64,000 nucleotides of DNA, from IMG/VR virus record IMGVR_UViG_3300032287_003113, positions 1-64,000 of that record; one strand, 5' to 3'. The notes below the pieces were generated by a model. It searched no databases, had not been told where the DNA came from, and saw only the letters and a program-made list of their open reading frames with translations. Positions 48,886 through 58,556 of the stretch are shown here, piece by piece. The translations under genes were made by a program, and so were the position numbers. The number at the start of each line of letters is the position of its first letter. Positions within the stretch are counted from its first letter, which is position 1.

Positions 48886-50119
48886 GGACTCCGGTTAGCC
48901 AAGGAAAAGTTTCACGCCAGTTGGTGTTGCGTCTACGATCAAGTTCGTCAAGATAAGTACGCAACTTGTTGATTTCGGTGGGATTTTTTTTGGTACTAGC
49001 AATTTGTTGTCTAACACCTTGCATATACTTACGTGCTTCCTGTTGTTGCCAAGTGTCTGCAGGCATAACTTCTAGCACCTGTGCAAAGTACGGATCTAGC
49101 AGTTCGGAATCAAAGATGTCTGGGTTCATGTAAGTGGGTGTGTTTGCGGTTATCAAATGATGCCCTATTTCTCTATGTGGTCTAAATGTGTTTATGTAAT
49201 TGATCAATGCTGGCATGGTAGGCACAGCCAATGCAGTGACCACTTGGTTTATGTTCAAAGTTATCCAACGTTGATTGACCAAATATTCAAAATTCTTTTT
49301 CCATTTTTCTAAATCCAAGCCCGATCTAATATACTCTTGTTCTGGACCCCAACAATCTATACTGGCAGTCACTTCAAAACGTTTGATCTTGCGTTCAGCA
49401 ACCAAATGTTTGATACGTTCTACATGCTCTTGCAATCGTTTATTATCGATCATCAAGTTACTTACTACATTAAATTCCAAATCTTTGTTACTATGATTAT
49501 ACAGGAAATCCAAACAAGTGTCAAATTGTGCTTGATAAAATGGTTCTCCGCCCAACACATGAAATCTGCGTACAGTCAAATAATTATCGTCTAGCCAGGC
49601 CCATAACTGTTCAGTCAGCAGGGCCTTGTCTGGATGCGGCCGATATTGGTTGTCAATTACAACACCGCCCAATTCAAATCTGCCGTGTTGATCATTTTCG
49701 TGTTTGATGCGACTGCTAAACCCATCGTGGCAATATATACATCGTAGATTACAGGTATTGTCAAAATATACTTCTACAATTCTAGGGGTGACCATGATGG
49801 CCTCAGGATCTGTGTCTAGTTCTGGCGGTGTTAGGTCTGGTATTGCCAGGTGTAGCATACGATCACTACTACCACCCGCACGTTCTATTTTTTCACAGTA
49901 ATCGCAACCACCTGAGGGCCATGCACCCAACAACATGGTTTGCCGATCTTGTAATTTTTTAGCAGTATTATGAAACTGATCAAACGATTCAGTTGATAGC
50001 GAACTTTTTTCTACTCTATGACAACTGTTGGTAGTTCCTTCGTACAAATAGATACTGCTCCAGGTCCATTTGAGCTGGCATGCAGTCGCTGTCTGTATTG
50101 GAAAATACTTGTGTTGCAT
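48872..50119 (-). CDS. Radical SAM protein (N-terminal twitch-like domain)
   Basis: CQLKW, SCH, CDYC; CNLRCIYC; LGGEPF. Confidence 0.88.
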   Translation of the reverse strand: MQHKYFPIQTATACQLKWTWSSIYLYEGTTNSCHRVEKSSLSTESFDQFHNTAKKLQDRQTMLLGAWPSGGCDYCEKIERAGGSSDRMLHLAIPDLTPPELDTDPEAIMVTPRIVEVYFDNTCNLRCIYCHDGFSSRIKHENDQHGRFELGGVVIDNQYRPHPDKALLTEQLWAWLDDNYLTVRRFHVLGGEPFYQAQFDTCLDFLYNHSNKDLEFNVVSNLMIDNKRLQEHVERIKHLVAERKIKRFEVTASIDCWGPEQEYIRSGLDLEKWKKNFEYLVNQRWITLNINQVVTALAVPTMPALINYINTFRPHREIGHHLITANTPTYMNPDIFDSELLDPYFAQVLEVMPADTWQQQEARKYMQGVRQQIASTKKNPTEINKLRTYLDELDRRRNTNWRETFPWLTGVLDVL

Positions 50120-50352
50120 TACCAGTTGGAATCTTCGCCTTCGTCATCATCTTGTTCGTCATCGGCGGTGTATTCTTTGAGAGCTTTTTTCAAGGTGCTG
50201 TCTGTTGTACCAAACTCCTTGAGTTCTTGATCTCCTAGCATATCTACCATGACACTCATTAGGTTATCGGCACACTCTTGACGGTCCTTTGCAGGAACAT
50301 ACTGTTTCATAATGGTATATAGTTCGCTTAAAACTTCTGTATCGATGGTCAT
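50119..50352 (-). CDS. Hypothetical acidic protein
   Basis: 77 aa with acidic tail. Confidence 0.55.
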   Translation of the reverse strand: MTIDTEVLSELYTIMKQYVPAKDRQECADNLMSVMVDMLGDQELKEFGTTDSTLKKALKEYTADDEQDDDEGEDSNW

Positions 50353-51485
50353 ACTTTTTCCTCTTTGTTAATCCACGTTGTAAAATTTTCTGGAAATACG
50401 TCTAACAAAAGTGATCTGCGATGAGCAAATTCTGTTAGATAATGCTTTAACTTGGTTTTTTGTTCCATTGTTGATTCTACTGCTAAAGTTTCTTTGATTT
50501 CTTGGTCATGATATTTATATTCAATTTGACATAACTGTGTCTTGGACTCAGGATCTAACACACTGGCACTTAGATATGCAGGATCGTTGCAGGGATTTAA
50601 CAAATCTTTGTCAGTTGAATATTCCCGTTGAAAATCATCGAATCCATGCACAGTTAAATTACTCAACACACTACAAAATCTATAGTCAAACTGTGCGGCT
50701 ATCAAATCCAAGTTACGTCTAAACTGATCCCAGGTATTACCATGCCTGTTAAATTCGTATAATGCACCTGTGTTTTCTGCACTGACAGTAAATGTAGTGC
50801 TTTTAGGTAACTGTGACAATATCTGTGTTAATCGCTTGGTATTAACTCCTAGGCCTGTAAAAATATCAACGGATCCTGTTAGTCCTGTTACCAACTCTGT
50901 TAGTCCATTGTATAAAAATGGCTCGCCACCGGTAATTTCTATTTGCTTGACTGTTTTAAATCTTTTTATTTCTGACAAAATAGTTTGGTAACTATCGCTG
51001 GCTTTTATAGCAGGTTGTCCTAGTTGTAACACAATTCTATCGTTGGCTGTGATTTGATATCTTGGCTCATCAAAATATGCACCGTGATCTTTAACATCAC
51101 GTAACCAAGCAGTACTGTACTGTTTACAGCAATAACTACAGGTTAGATTGCAATCGCTACCAACATTGATGTGTAACACTTGAGGACCAGCATAGATATC
51201 TGTGTGTGTTCTTTCTCCAGAATTCATCAGAGTACGTCGGCTGGGCAATCCACGACGTTCAGCTGACCAACAAGTATCTTCGCAACTTGCCACAGGCTCG
51301 TTGTTTAACATTGCTTGTCGTTCTTGTATTAGTACGGGCGTGTTAAACAACTGTCCTGGGTTATTTCTAAGCCAGGACAAGTCAATCTTGGTAGCTGTAG
51401 CAGCACAGCACGAATTCATAGTTCTTCGTTCAGGCTCTACAGTTAACCACCAAAATTTTTGCGAGCAATAATTACTCTGCGACAT
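50349..51485 (-). CDS. Radical SAM protein (N-terminal twitch-like domain)
   Basis: YCSQKF, SCC, CEDTC; CNLTCSYC; TGGEPF. Confidence 0.88.
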   Translation of the reverse strand: MSQSNYCSQKFWWLTVEPERRTMNSCCAATATKIDLSWLRNNPGQLFNTPVLIQERQAMLNNEPVASCEDTCWSAERRGLPSRRTLMNSGERTHTDIYAGPQVLHINVGSDCNLTCSYCCKQYSTAWLRDVKDHGAYFDEPRYQITANDRIVLQLGQPAIKASDSYQTILSEIKRFKTVKQIEITGGEPFLYNGLTELVTGLTGSVDIFTGLGVNTKRLTQILSQLPKSTTFTVSAENTGALYEFNRHGNTWDQFRRNLDLIAAQFDYRFCSVLSNLTVHGFDDFQREYSTDKDLLNPCNDPAYLSASVLDPESKTQLCQIEYKYHDQEIKETLAVESTMEQKTKLKHYLTEFAHRRSLLLDVFPENFTTWINKEEKV

Positions 51486-52593
51486 CAACCTCTTTTTTAG
51501 ACTTCTTTGGCTTGTCTTCAACCACTGCGTCTAATTCAGCTTCTAGTTCTTCAATGTCCACTGACTTCTGATGTGGATTGGCAACAAAATCTACCATGGC
51601 CTTGTCCAAGCATGAATCTTCGTTGCGTTCCCATGCCTTGCGAAACTTCTTGATAATTTCACCTGTAGCCAGTGTATACACCAGGCTGTTGCCTTCTTTC
51701 TTCAGCAAGTCTTTGCCTTCAAATAGGTCAACCAAACCCGAGTAAGGATTCATACCTTCTTCGTACGGAATCTTGACCTGAACAGATTCAAATGGTTTGG
51801 CATAGCGTGTTTTCATGATCTTGCAAGCGGCACGGATGCCTTTTACTTCTGAAATCTTGTTGCCATCCTCATCTTCTTTGAGTTTTAACTTACGCATAGC
51901 TACAACAATAGAGCTTGCATAGATAAAACCTTGTCCTCCTGATATTTTGTCGTCCGGATCAAACATGTCCTGTGACGCATAAGTGTGTGCTGTTGTTACT
52001 AGGCCAATATTCAAGCTACCAAACATGTTTACGCAATTACGTACCAGGGCGGCCAGTGCCTTGGGCTTACGACCCATGTCACCTTTCATGTCCCCTGCTT
52101 CGAATTGATTTACATCCGTGGGGGTAAGTAGCATACCCAACGAATCTACTACAAATAGTACTTTGGGACGTTGATCTTCTGGTAGTGTTTTGTATTCTTT
52201 GACAAACTCCGAGATCATCTTGCCCACATCATCGATCATGGCCATGTTTAGTTTGAGTAACTTGTCCTCACTGGTATCTACATTTAATGCATGTAGCCAT
52301 TTCTCGTCGAGTGCGTTTTCGCTATCAACCAGGATCACATAAATGCCTTGCTTTTGTGCATTGGCTACCAAGTTGCCCGAACAAATAAAACTTTTACCTG
52401 CGCCAGACTCGCCAGCAAACACAGTAACTTTACCTAGTGGAACACCTTTGTTAAAGTCTCCTGAAATTAGATAGTTGAGAGCATAGTTATTTGTACTGAT
52501 CCAATCTGTGGGATCGGTAAAGCCAACGCTGATACCGTCAATACTTTTGGTAATGCTCTTGCGAAATTTTGATACGTCAAATGGTTTAGCCAT
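51472..52593 (-). CDS. uvsX: UvsX/RecA-like recombinase
   Basis: GESGAGKS, DSENA, VVDSLG, ISGGQG, KTRYAKPF. Confidence 0.92.
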   Translation of the reverse strand: MAKPFDVSKFRKSITKSIDGISVGFTDPTDWISTNNYALNYLISGDFNKGVPLGKVTVFAGESGAGKSFICSGNLVANAQKQGIYVILVDSENALDEKWLHALNVDTSEDKLLKLNMAMIDDVGKMISEFVKEYKTLPEDQRPKVLFVVDSLGMLLTPTDVNQFEAGDMKGDMGRKPKALAALVRNCVNMFGSLNIGLVTTAHTYASQDMFDPDDKISGGQGFIYASSIVVAMRKLKLKEDEDGNKISEVKGIRAACKIMKTRYAKPFESVQVKIPYEEGMNPYSGLVDLFEGKDLLKKEGNSLVYTLATGEIIKKFRKAWERNEDSCLDKAMVDFVANPHQKSVDIEELEAELDAVVEDKPKKSKKEVDVAE

Positions 52594-53740
52594 GATAGTT
52601 TTCCTTGATGTTATATAAATCTTTAAATATTTTACTGCTGTCTACTTTACGTCTTTGATCCAATGTATATAGCTCTGCCATTGAACCTAAGAAATCTTTT
52701 TCGAATGGTTGCTCAATGTAATGTAGCATGTTACGGTAACTATCTTCTAATAGATAGCCCGGGCTTTCATTGATCCTAGCTTCCAAAGTGCTCTTAACTG
52801 ATTGTAACACAGAGTCTGGCAAATGTCTAATGTTTAGGTATTCTGGCTCTAATAGTGCACCAATCACAAATGCATTATTATGGAATCCCTGTGCTTTTAG
52901 GAGATCCACACAACCAAATATGCTTTGGTAGTTTAATAGGAAGTGTAGCATATTAAACGTAATTTTATGATCAAGTGAGTTTATGTGTTTTAAATTGTCT
53001 TGGAAATCTTGCCAACGACCACCGTGTCTAACGTACTCAAACTCATCTTCCGTAGTTTCTACACTCACTGTCCAGTGTACATTACGAAACTCACATATAC
53101 GCTCAAATACTCGGGTATCTACTTTACTTAGATTTGTGTTGATACGTAAGTTTACATCAGGATCTAACAGGTCTAGCAACTCTAAGTTTTCCCGCATCAG
53201 CAGAGGCTCGCCGCCAGCTAGATAAACATGCTCAAGTTGATCGGCACGGTCAAATATATACTGTTTAAAATTGGCACGTTGTTCTTGTGTCGGTGTTTGT
53301 TGTTTGATATCCAATTCATCTGCCCAACGGCTGCTAAACTCTGGATTACAATATACACAAGCAAAGTTACACAAGTTGGTCCAACGTACATCAATGGTTT
53401 TTAAATCAAAGTTTCCAGCACGATATGTATCCAAGCTGACATTTTTTAATTCTCGTATGTAAAACTTACGATCGCTGATAATATCAAATCCTTTTTTACC
53501 ATGCTCTAAATCATAGCATGTGCGGCACGAAGGTACCGCAACATCTGATACAATTTTATTTTGTATCAGTACATTGGTGTTGCCATGTACTACTTGTTCT
53601 ATTGGAGTGTCTTTGATATTGCCAATAGTACCAGCACTACGAATACAATTTTTGACTGTACCATCAAATCCGTTGTACATGAGGCCAGTCCAAGGTATAG
53701 GACAAAAATATGGATTAGTTAATACGTCCTTGGGTGTCAT
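52586..53740 (-). CDS. Radical SAM protein (N-terminal twitch-like domain)
   Basis: FCPIPW, CRTC; CNFACVYC; AGGEPL. Confidence 0.88.
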   Translation of the reverse strand: MTPKDVLTNPYFCPIPWTGLMYNGFDGTVKNCIRSAGTIGNIKDTPIEQVVHGNTNVLIQNKIVSDVAVPSCRTCYDLEHGKKGFDIISDRKFYIRELKNVSLDTYRAGNFDLKTIDVRWTNLCNFACVYCNPEFSSRWADELDIKQQTPTQEQRANFKQYIFDRADQLEHVYLAGGEPLLMRENLELLDLLDPDVNLRINTNLSKVDTRVFERICEFRNVHWTVSVETTEDEFEYVRHGGRWQDFQDNLKHINSLDHKITFNMLHFLLNYQSIFGCVDLLKAQGFHNNAFVIGALLEPEYLNIRHLPDSVLQSVKSTLEARINESPGYLLEDSYRNMLHYIEQPFEKDFLGSMAELYTLDQRRKVDSSKIFKDLYNIKENYHG

Positions 53741-54228
53741 GTCAATGAGATGTCCGGTATAATAAATCCGTTAGCTTCTGCTGTAGAAAAAAGTTTAACT
53801 AGTGTACGTGCCCATTCTGCTGGATTGATTACTTTACCTGGACGCACCAAAGTTATATTTGGACCGGCGGCATTCATATAACGCAATTGATGTACTGCTT
53901 GTTCTAGTGCAACCTTTTGCAATCGATATTGATCCATGCCTTCTATAACACTAACTGGTTGCTGTGCCATCATTGTGCTAATAACAATAATATGCTTTTG
54001 CGTATTATTCCAGCGACGATACACTTCAAACAACAATTCAGTTTGTGCAAAACCTGCTTGTGCATTGTTAATAAACACATCGCACGGCTCAATCAAGCTG
54101 GCAATCTTGGGAGTGTTGCGTATGTTGTTACCTTCGCGAGTGCTCAAACCAACAATCTCGTTGCCATAGTATGCTTCGGCCAGAGCTTGACCAATGCCTG
54201 CTGTGTGTCCTGTGATTGCTATTTTCAT
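53737..54228 (-). CDS. Minimal short-chain dehydrogenase/reductase
   Basis: TGHTAGIG, FINNA, YRLQK. Confidence 0.75.
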   Translation of the reverse strand: MKIAITGHTAGIGQALAEAYYGNEIVGLSTREGNNIRNTPKIASLIEPCDVFINNAQAGFAQTELLFEVYRRWNNTQKHIIVISTMMAQQPVSVIEGMDQYRLQKVALEQAVHQLRYMNAAGPNITLVRPGKVINPAEWARTLVKLFSTAEANGFIIPDISLT

Positions 54229-55109
54229 TCGATACCCCGTAATTGTTTTTGTTGTTGTATATATGCTTGTACTTGTTCTTGATTCTTATTATTGACATCT
54301 AATTCTTTGGGCTCTTTTAAATAAGCATAGCCATGATCGATTCCGTGTTCCTCGGCAAACTTTTTTATATTGGGCAAATCGTGCAAGTTCAACACACTAA
54401 CTGTGGTCCACAAGTTTAGTTTCACAGGCATGGTTTTATATCGCATTAAGTTTTGATAAAATGTCGCCCACTTGATAGGCCAACGCACATATTCAAACAC
54501 TGAACCGATACCATCACAACTCGCTGTGACCGTGACTTCTATGCCACGGCCGGCAATCTCTGTTAGCTCTTCTAACACCACGTTACAATTGGTATTAAGT
54601 CTCAGTGTACGCAAGTTCGAAGGCAAGTTGGCCAATAGTCTTCGATAGTTTTTGCTATAACTGGGTTCGCCGCCGTTGATATCCAAATGCACAATACGAT
54701 CTTGTGGCAAATCCCAAAAACGATTACTGTTATCTATTATAGTAAAAGTGCCACTGGTCAACGCACCTATCCTGGTGCTACATTCAGGACTGCAAGTCAG
54801 ACAAGCGGCATTGCATACATTGTCTAATACTCCGCCTACTTGTAAATAATCCCTCTGCGTTTCTAGGGCATCCACAGCAATGGCGTGTATTCTTATACTG
54901 CTAGGCGACTCTTGCTCGACTTCTTGACAACGTCGACATTCTACCGGCCACTCACCTTGTTCAAACTGTTCACGTATTTTACGCAACCAGCGACTGTTAT
55001 TCATTTCTTCAAGGCTATCAAACTGTGCAGGATTGACCATGTGACCACAGCGGCTTACTGTGCCATTGGGGTTAAAGCGAACAAAGTGATCTAGTCTAGG
55101 ACATTGCAT
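54225..55109 (-). CDS. Radical SAM protein (N-terminal twitch-like domain)
   Basis: CPRL, RCGH, CRRC; CNAACLTC; NGGEPS. Confidence 0.85.
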   Translation of the reverse strand: MQCPRLDHFVRFNPNGTVSRCGHMVNPAQFDSLEEMNNSRWLRKIREQFEQGEWPVECRRCQEVEQESPSSIRIHAIAVDALETQRDYLQVGGVLDNVCNAACLTCSPECSTRIGALTSGTFTIIDNSNRFWDLPQDRIVHLDINGGEPSYSKNYRRLLANLPSNLRTLRLNTNCNVVLEELTEIAGRGIEVTVTASCDGIGSVFEYVRWPIKWATFYQNLMRYKTMPVKLNLWTTVSVLNLHDLPNIKKFAEEHGIDHGYAYLKEPKELDVNNKNQEQVQAYIQQQKQLRGIE

Positions 55110-55702
55110 ATTTGAATGCTCCGATCAATAACTTCATCGTACAAAGCATGATGATTGTCTTGAACGAATCTAACGATTTGTTTGAGTGGAACTGTTTGTC
55201 CCATAAAATCTTCGTAAAGTATTTTATCTAATTGTAGATAATATTTTAATTTTTGATTGGTGCCGAAATAGTCTATCAGCGTTCGATCTCGTGCCAGCAC
55301 ATTCCATGTGTGTTCTGTGGCCGTGTGTAATTCTTCTATGGGTCTAAAGTACATCCAAGCATCGGTAAACTTTTGCAGATTGACGATCCAATGGAACTGC
55401 AAACTAAAATGACTGTTTAAAAACAAATACTGGTCGATCATGGTCAGTGCAGTTGCACGATCAAGGTGTGGATTTTGTCTTAGGTATGTTTGCACTCCGC
55501 TGACATAGCGTTCAAAAGGTTCACGTAAAAATATTTCAACTGTACGCAACTCCCGCATTTCAAAGTAATTGAGTTTTCTAGGGTTGGCAGCAAGTAAACT
55601 ACTGCTACCATTTTTAAAAATAGGATAGACATAGCGATCGGTCCCTACTTCAAGGATCTCGCATTGGTCTGGAAAGAGTATGGGGTCTAGATAAGACAGC
55701 AT
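55091..55702 (-). CDS. Sulfotransferase-family-like protein
   Basis: IFKNGSSS (5'-PSB-like), REPFERYVS (3'-PB-like), HFSLQ. Confidence 0.55.
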   Translation of the reverse strand: MLSYLDPILFPDQCEILEVGTDRYVYPIFKNGSSSLLAANPRKLNYFEMRELRTVEIFLREPFERYVSGVQTYLRQNPHLDRATALTMIDQYLFLNSHFSLQFHWIVNLQKFTDAWMYFRPIEELHTATEHTWNVLARDRTLIDYFGTNQKLKYYLQLDKILYEDFMGQTVPLKQIVRFVQDNHHALYDEVIDRSIQICNVLD

Positions 55703-55708
55703 AGGAAA

Positions 55709-55731
55709 TGTGGGGGACCGTCTCCCCCACT
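55709..55731 (-). terminator. GC-rich hairpin after gp32
   Basis: GTGGGGGA-GACGG-TCCCCCAC followed by ATTT. Confidence 0.6.
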
Positions 55732-55744
55732 GACACAAGCAATA

Positions 55745-56719
55745 TTACTGTTTCTGACGGTTACGAATCATTGCCAAAATGTCTTCAGCACGTTGGCTGG
55801 ATGGTTTGGCTTCTGCAGCCGGAGTTGCTATCGGTGCAGTTGGAGCAGGTACATCATCTTCTTCCGCTGGTTCTGCCGCCACAGCTGGTGCTGGTGCACT
55901 TTCTGCGGCTGGTGCAACGTTAGGAACATCCAAGCCATATGGCTTGTAGTAAGCACCCCAACGATCTGGATCGTATGGTTGGCCATCTACTGATGCTTCA
56001 AACATTTCTTTGAGAACCTTGAGCTCTACTTCGCTGGGTTTCTTAGGCAAGAAGTCTGACAAGTTGAACAGGCCATGCTCATCAATTGCGGCTTGTTCTT
56101 CTGCTGTCAATGCTGACTCTTTGCGGCTCCACTTAGAAGTTGAGTAGTCTGCGTAGCCACCTTTGCTTGTTTTAACGATTTGGAAATCCAAACCACGTTG
56201 CAAGTCTGTTGGCAATTCTTCCATTTCTGGATCCATCAATGCAGCCTTGATGATGTTAAAAATCTGTGGGCTGATTGTAAAGCGACGGATTGGGTTGGCT
56301 GGAACCTTGTCGTCACTCAGTGCGTTTTCACGTACAAAGCCTTGGAACACATAAGATTTTTTCTTCCAGTACTTGCGACCCATTTCCTCTAGGCTAGGAT
56401 CTTTGAACCACGGACGAACTTCTGCCAAGATTGGGCAAGCTTCGCCGTACATTTCCATACATGGAACTTGTACAACCACAGGCTTACTATCTGCTTGACC
56501 TTTGACACCAGCAAATGGTAGTCGGATCATTGCACGTTCAGCCCAAAAGAAGCTGTTCTTGGTGTTGCCGTCTGGGAGGAATCTAATGCGTGTTGTGGAA
56601 CCTTCTGCGATGTTCCAGTGTGGATAGATAGCGTTGTCGCCACCTGATTGTCTGTTACCGCCTTTGTTGCCTTCTGATGCTTGGAGCTTTGCTCTGATTT
56701 CTGCTAATGTTGTAGCCAT
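55745..56719 (-). CDS. Single-stranded DNA-binding protein (T4 gp32-like)
   Basis: IRFLPDG, C...G.ACP, YWKK, G.DF.I.K...GY.DY..S.W. Confidence 0.88.
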   Translation of the reverse strand: MATTLAEIRAKLQASEGNKGGNRQSGGDNAIYPHWNIAEGSTTRIRFLPDGNTKNSFFWAERAMIRLPFAGVKGQADSKPVVVQVPCMEMYGEACPILAEVRPWFKDPSLEEMGRKYWKKKSYVFQGFVRENALSDDKVPANPIRRFTISPQIFNIIKAALMDPEMEELPTDLQRGLDFQIVKTSKGGYADYSTSKWSRKESALTAEEQAAIDEHGLFNLSDFLPKKPSEVELKVLKEMFEASVDGQPYDPDRWGAYYKPYGLDVPNVAPAAESAPAPAVAAEPAEEDDVPAPTAPIATPAAEAKPSSQRAEDILAMIRNRQKQ

Positions 56720-56820
56720 GATAATTTCCTTTTATAAAATGTGCCATAATATTTTTACTGCTTTGCCATGTTGCACATACCGTAGTATATGCTAATATAT
56801 TTAGTCCTGTCAAATGTTTT

Positions 56821-57795
56821 TTAAGACTTTTTTACAGTTTGGATATATTTGTTGTAGAGCTCGCAATTTTTGGATGCCAATTGATACAATGCGTCCATAT
56901 GTTGTTGCCTACTAGGACTAGTATACAACACTTGTAGGCTATGCGTCAACCTTTTTATTCGATCATATGGATGTTGGGCTTGATCATATGATTCATCGAT
57001 AATGCTATCAAATGTTTGGAATCCCATGTTGCGTAATCTAGCCAAACTGCCTTCGCCGCTGACCAATACAAATGGTTTTCCGGTTGCCAAACAGTTGGCA
57101 GTCTTTTCAGTAAACCAAAAATCACTGATGCTGTCTGTTTCGCTTATGATTTCGATTTGGTATCGATTCCATACGTTGTTGTAGTTGCGACAAGCATCAT
57201 ACCAATCAATCATGCCCATGAAATGGGTACTGTTTAAATCTCGATCAAAAGTTTTTTGTTCGAGCCAGGCCAATTCTTTGGTGTACTGATTGTTAAAGTG
57301 TTTTAATGAGTCTTGTATAAAAGAAACTTTGGGTTGAAATGTTATGTAAGTATCATCGGGAAATGCTTGATCTAATTCATATGCCAAGCGAAATCTATTT
57401 AAATTGTATCGGCCAAGCAAACTGCCCACAAACTTTGCGTTGCTAATATTGCGGTCAAATTCCTTAGGCAAGTATTGATTGACACTGACAAAGATGCCCA
57501 AAGACAAACAATCAATTTTAAAATTGCTATCAGGATCAGGATCGTGTGTTTCTATTGTTATTTTATTGTGTGGTATACCAACCTTGTTGCAGAGAAATTC
57601 AATAAACTGACCAAATCCGCTAAAATCAAAATTTTCCCCATCCCATAATCTAATTAATACTTGTTGTCCAGTATACTGTTGCCCAAGTATGTCTAATAGT
57701 ATGTCTTTTCTGGTGATAGAATAATCTTTATGTACAAAAAATTGTCCAAGTATTAAAATGTCTGTATCGGTTACGGTAACTGCTTGTTCTATCAT
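56821..57795 (-). CDS. Hypothetical protein, TEKT-motif family
   Basis: IEIISET, FTEKTANCL..GKPF, GFQTF..IIDESYD. Confidence 0.6.
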   Translation of the reverse strand: MIEQAVTVTDTDILILGQFFVHKDYSITRKDILLDILGQQYTGQQVLIRLWDGENFDFSGFGQFIEFLCNKVGIPHNKITIETHDPDPDSNFKIDCLSLGIFVSVNQYLPKEFDRNISNAKFVGSLLGRYNLNRFRLAYELDQAFPDDTYITFQPKVSFIQDSLKHFNNQYTKELAWLEQKTFDRDLNSTHFMGMIDWYDACRNYNNVWNRYQIEIISETDSISDFWFTEKTANCLATGKPFVLVSGEGSLARLRNMGFQTFDSIIDESYDQAQHPYDRIKRLTHSLQVLYTSPSRQQHMDALYQLASKNCELYNKYIQTVKKS

Positions 57796-58556
57796 ATTTG
57801 TTTTAGCAAGTAGTTGGCCCAAAGTTCATGACCATACTCTGTGGGATGACGGCTATCTTCTTTGTAAGTGTATTTGCAGGCGTCTAAAATATCAACTCTA
57901 GCCAATGCTTGATCAATCACAGCTGGAGTATCCGGATAGGTGTAATTGTAGTTTAGTTGTTTGATGTGCTCGCTGACCACTATGTGTGTGTCGTTTTGTA
58001 TGCGATTGTTGGTTATAACTTCTAGCCAATTGCGATCACACACGTTTAATTTTGTTGGGCGACTATCAGTAAAGTTGTGTGCTACAACAAATTTTATACT
58101 GGGATATTTTTTTTCCAGTTGCTCAATGTCACTGTAAGTACGATCTAACATTGCAATCAGATTGTTGTGTAATGTATCTAGTTCAGGTTTTAGCCAATTT
58201 ATTTCTTCGTGGCGTCCCGATTCTGTTAGAGTGATAATGCACACGGTATTTTTGCCATGCACATGTCTTGACAACAGTTGTGCCAACCAGGCGCACATCA
58301 TATGGTTACTAATGCCTGGCAAGGCCAAATTGATCCAATCTGCTCCAATTTCTTCTGCTATTAACCCGCCATACACATGGCATAATCTATGTTCTGGGTC
58401 ATCGCGGCCATCACGTACTCGTGTTTGGCCTAGGCTATCTCCGTATGTCCAACTATCGCCTACAGTTATAAGTAGTTGTTCGCTGTCAACACAACGATAA
58501 TGATACGGATTATTGACCTGGGACCATTTGGGAATATCAACTATAGTATTAAACAT
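57792..58556 (-). CDS. SGNH/GDSL hydrolase-like protein
   Basis: GDSWTYG, NLALPG.SN, DSRHP..YGH. Confidence 0.7.
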   Translation of the reverse strand: MFNTIVDIPKWSQVNNPYHYRCVDSEQLLITVGDSWTYGDSLGQTRVRDGRDDPEHRLCHVYGGLIAEEIGADWINLALPGISNHMMCAWLAQLLSRHVHGKNTVCIITLTESGRHEEINWLKPELDTLHNNLIAMLDRTYSDIEQLEKKYPSIKFVVAHNFTDSRPTKLNVCDRNWLEVITNNRIQNDTHIVVSEHIKQLNYNYTYPDTPAVIDQALARVDILDACKYTYKEDSRHPTEYGHELWANYLLKQI

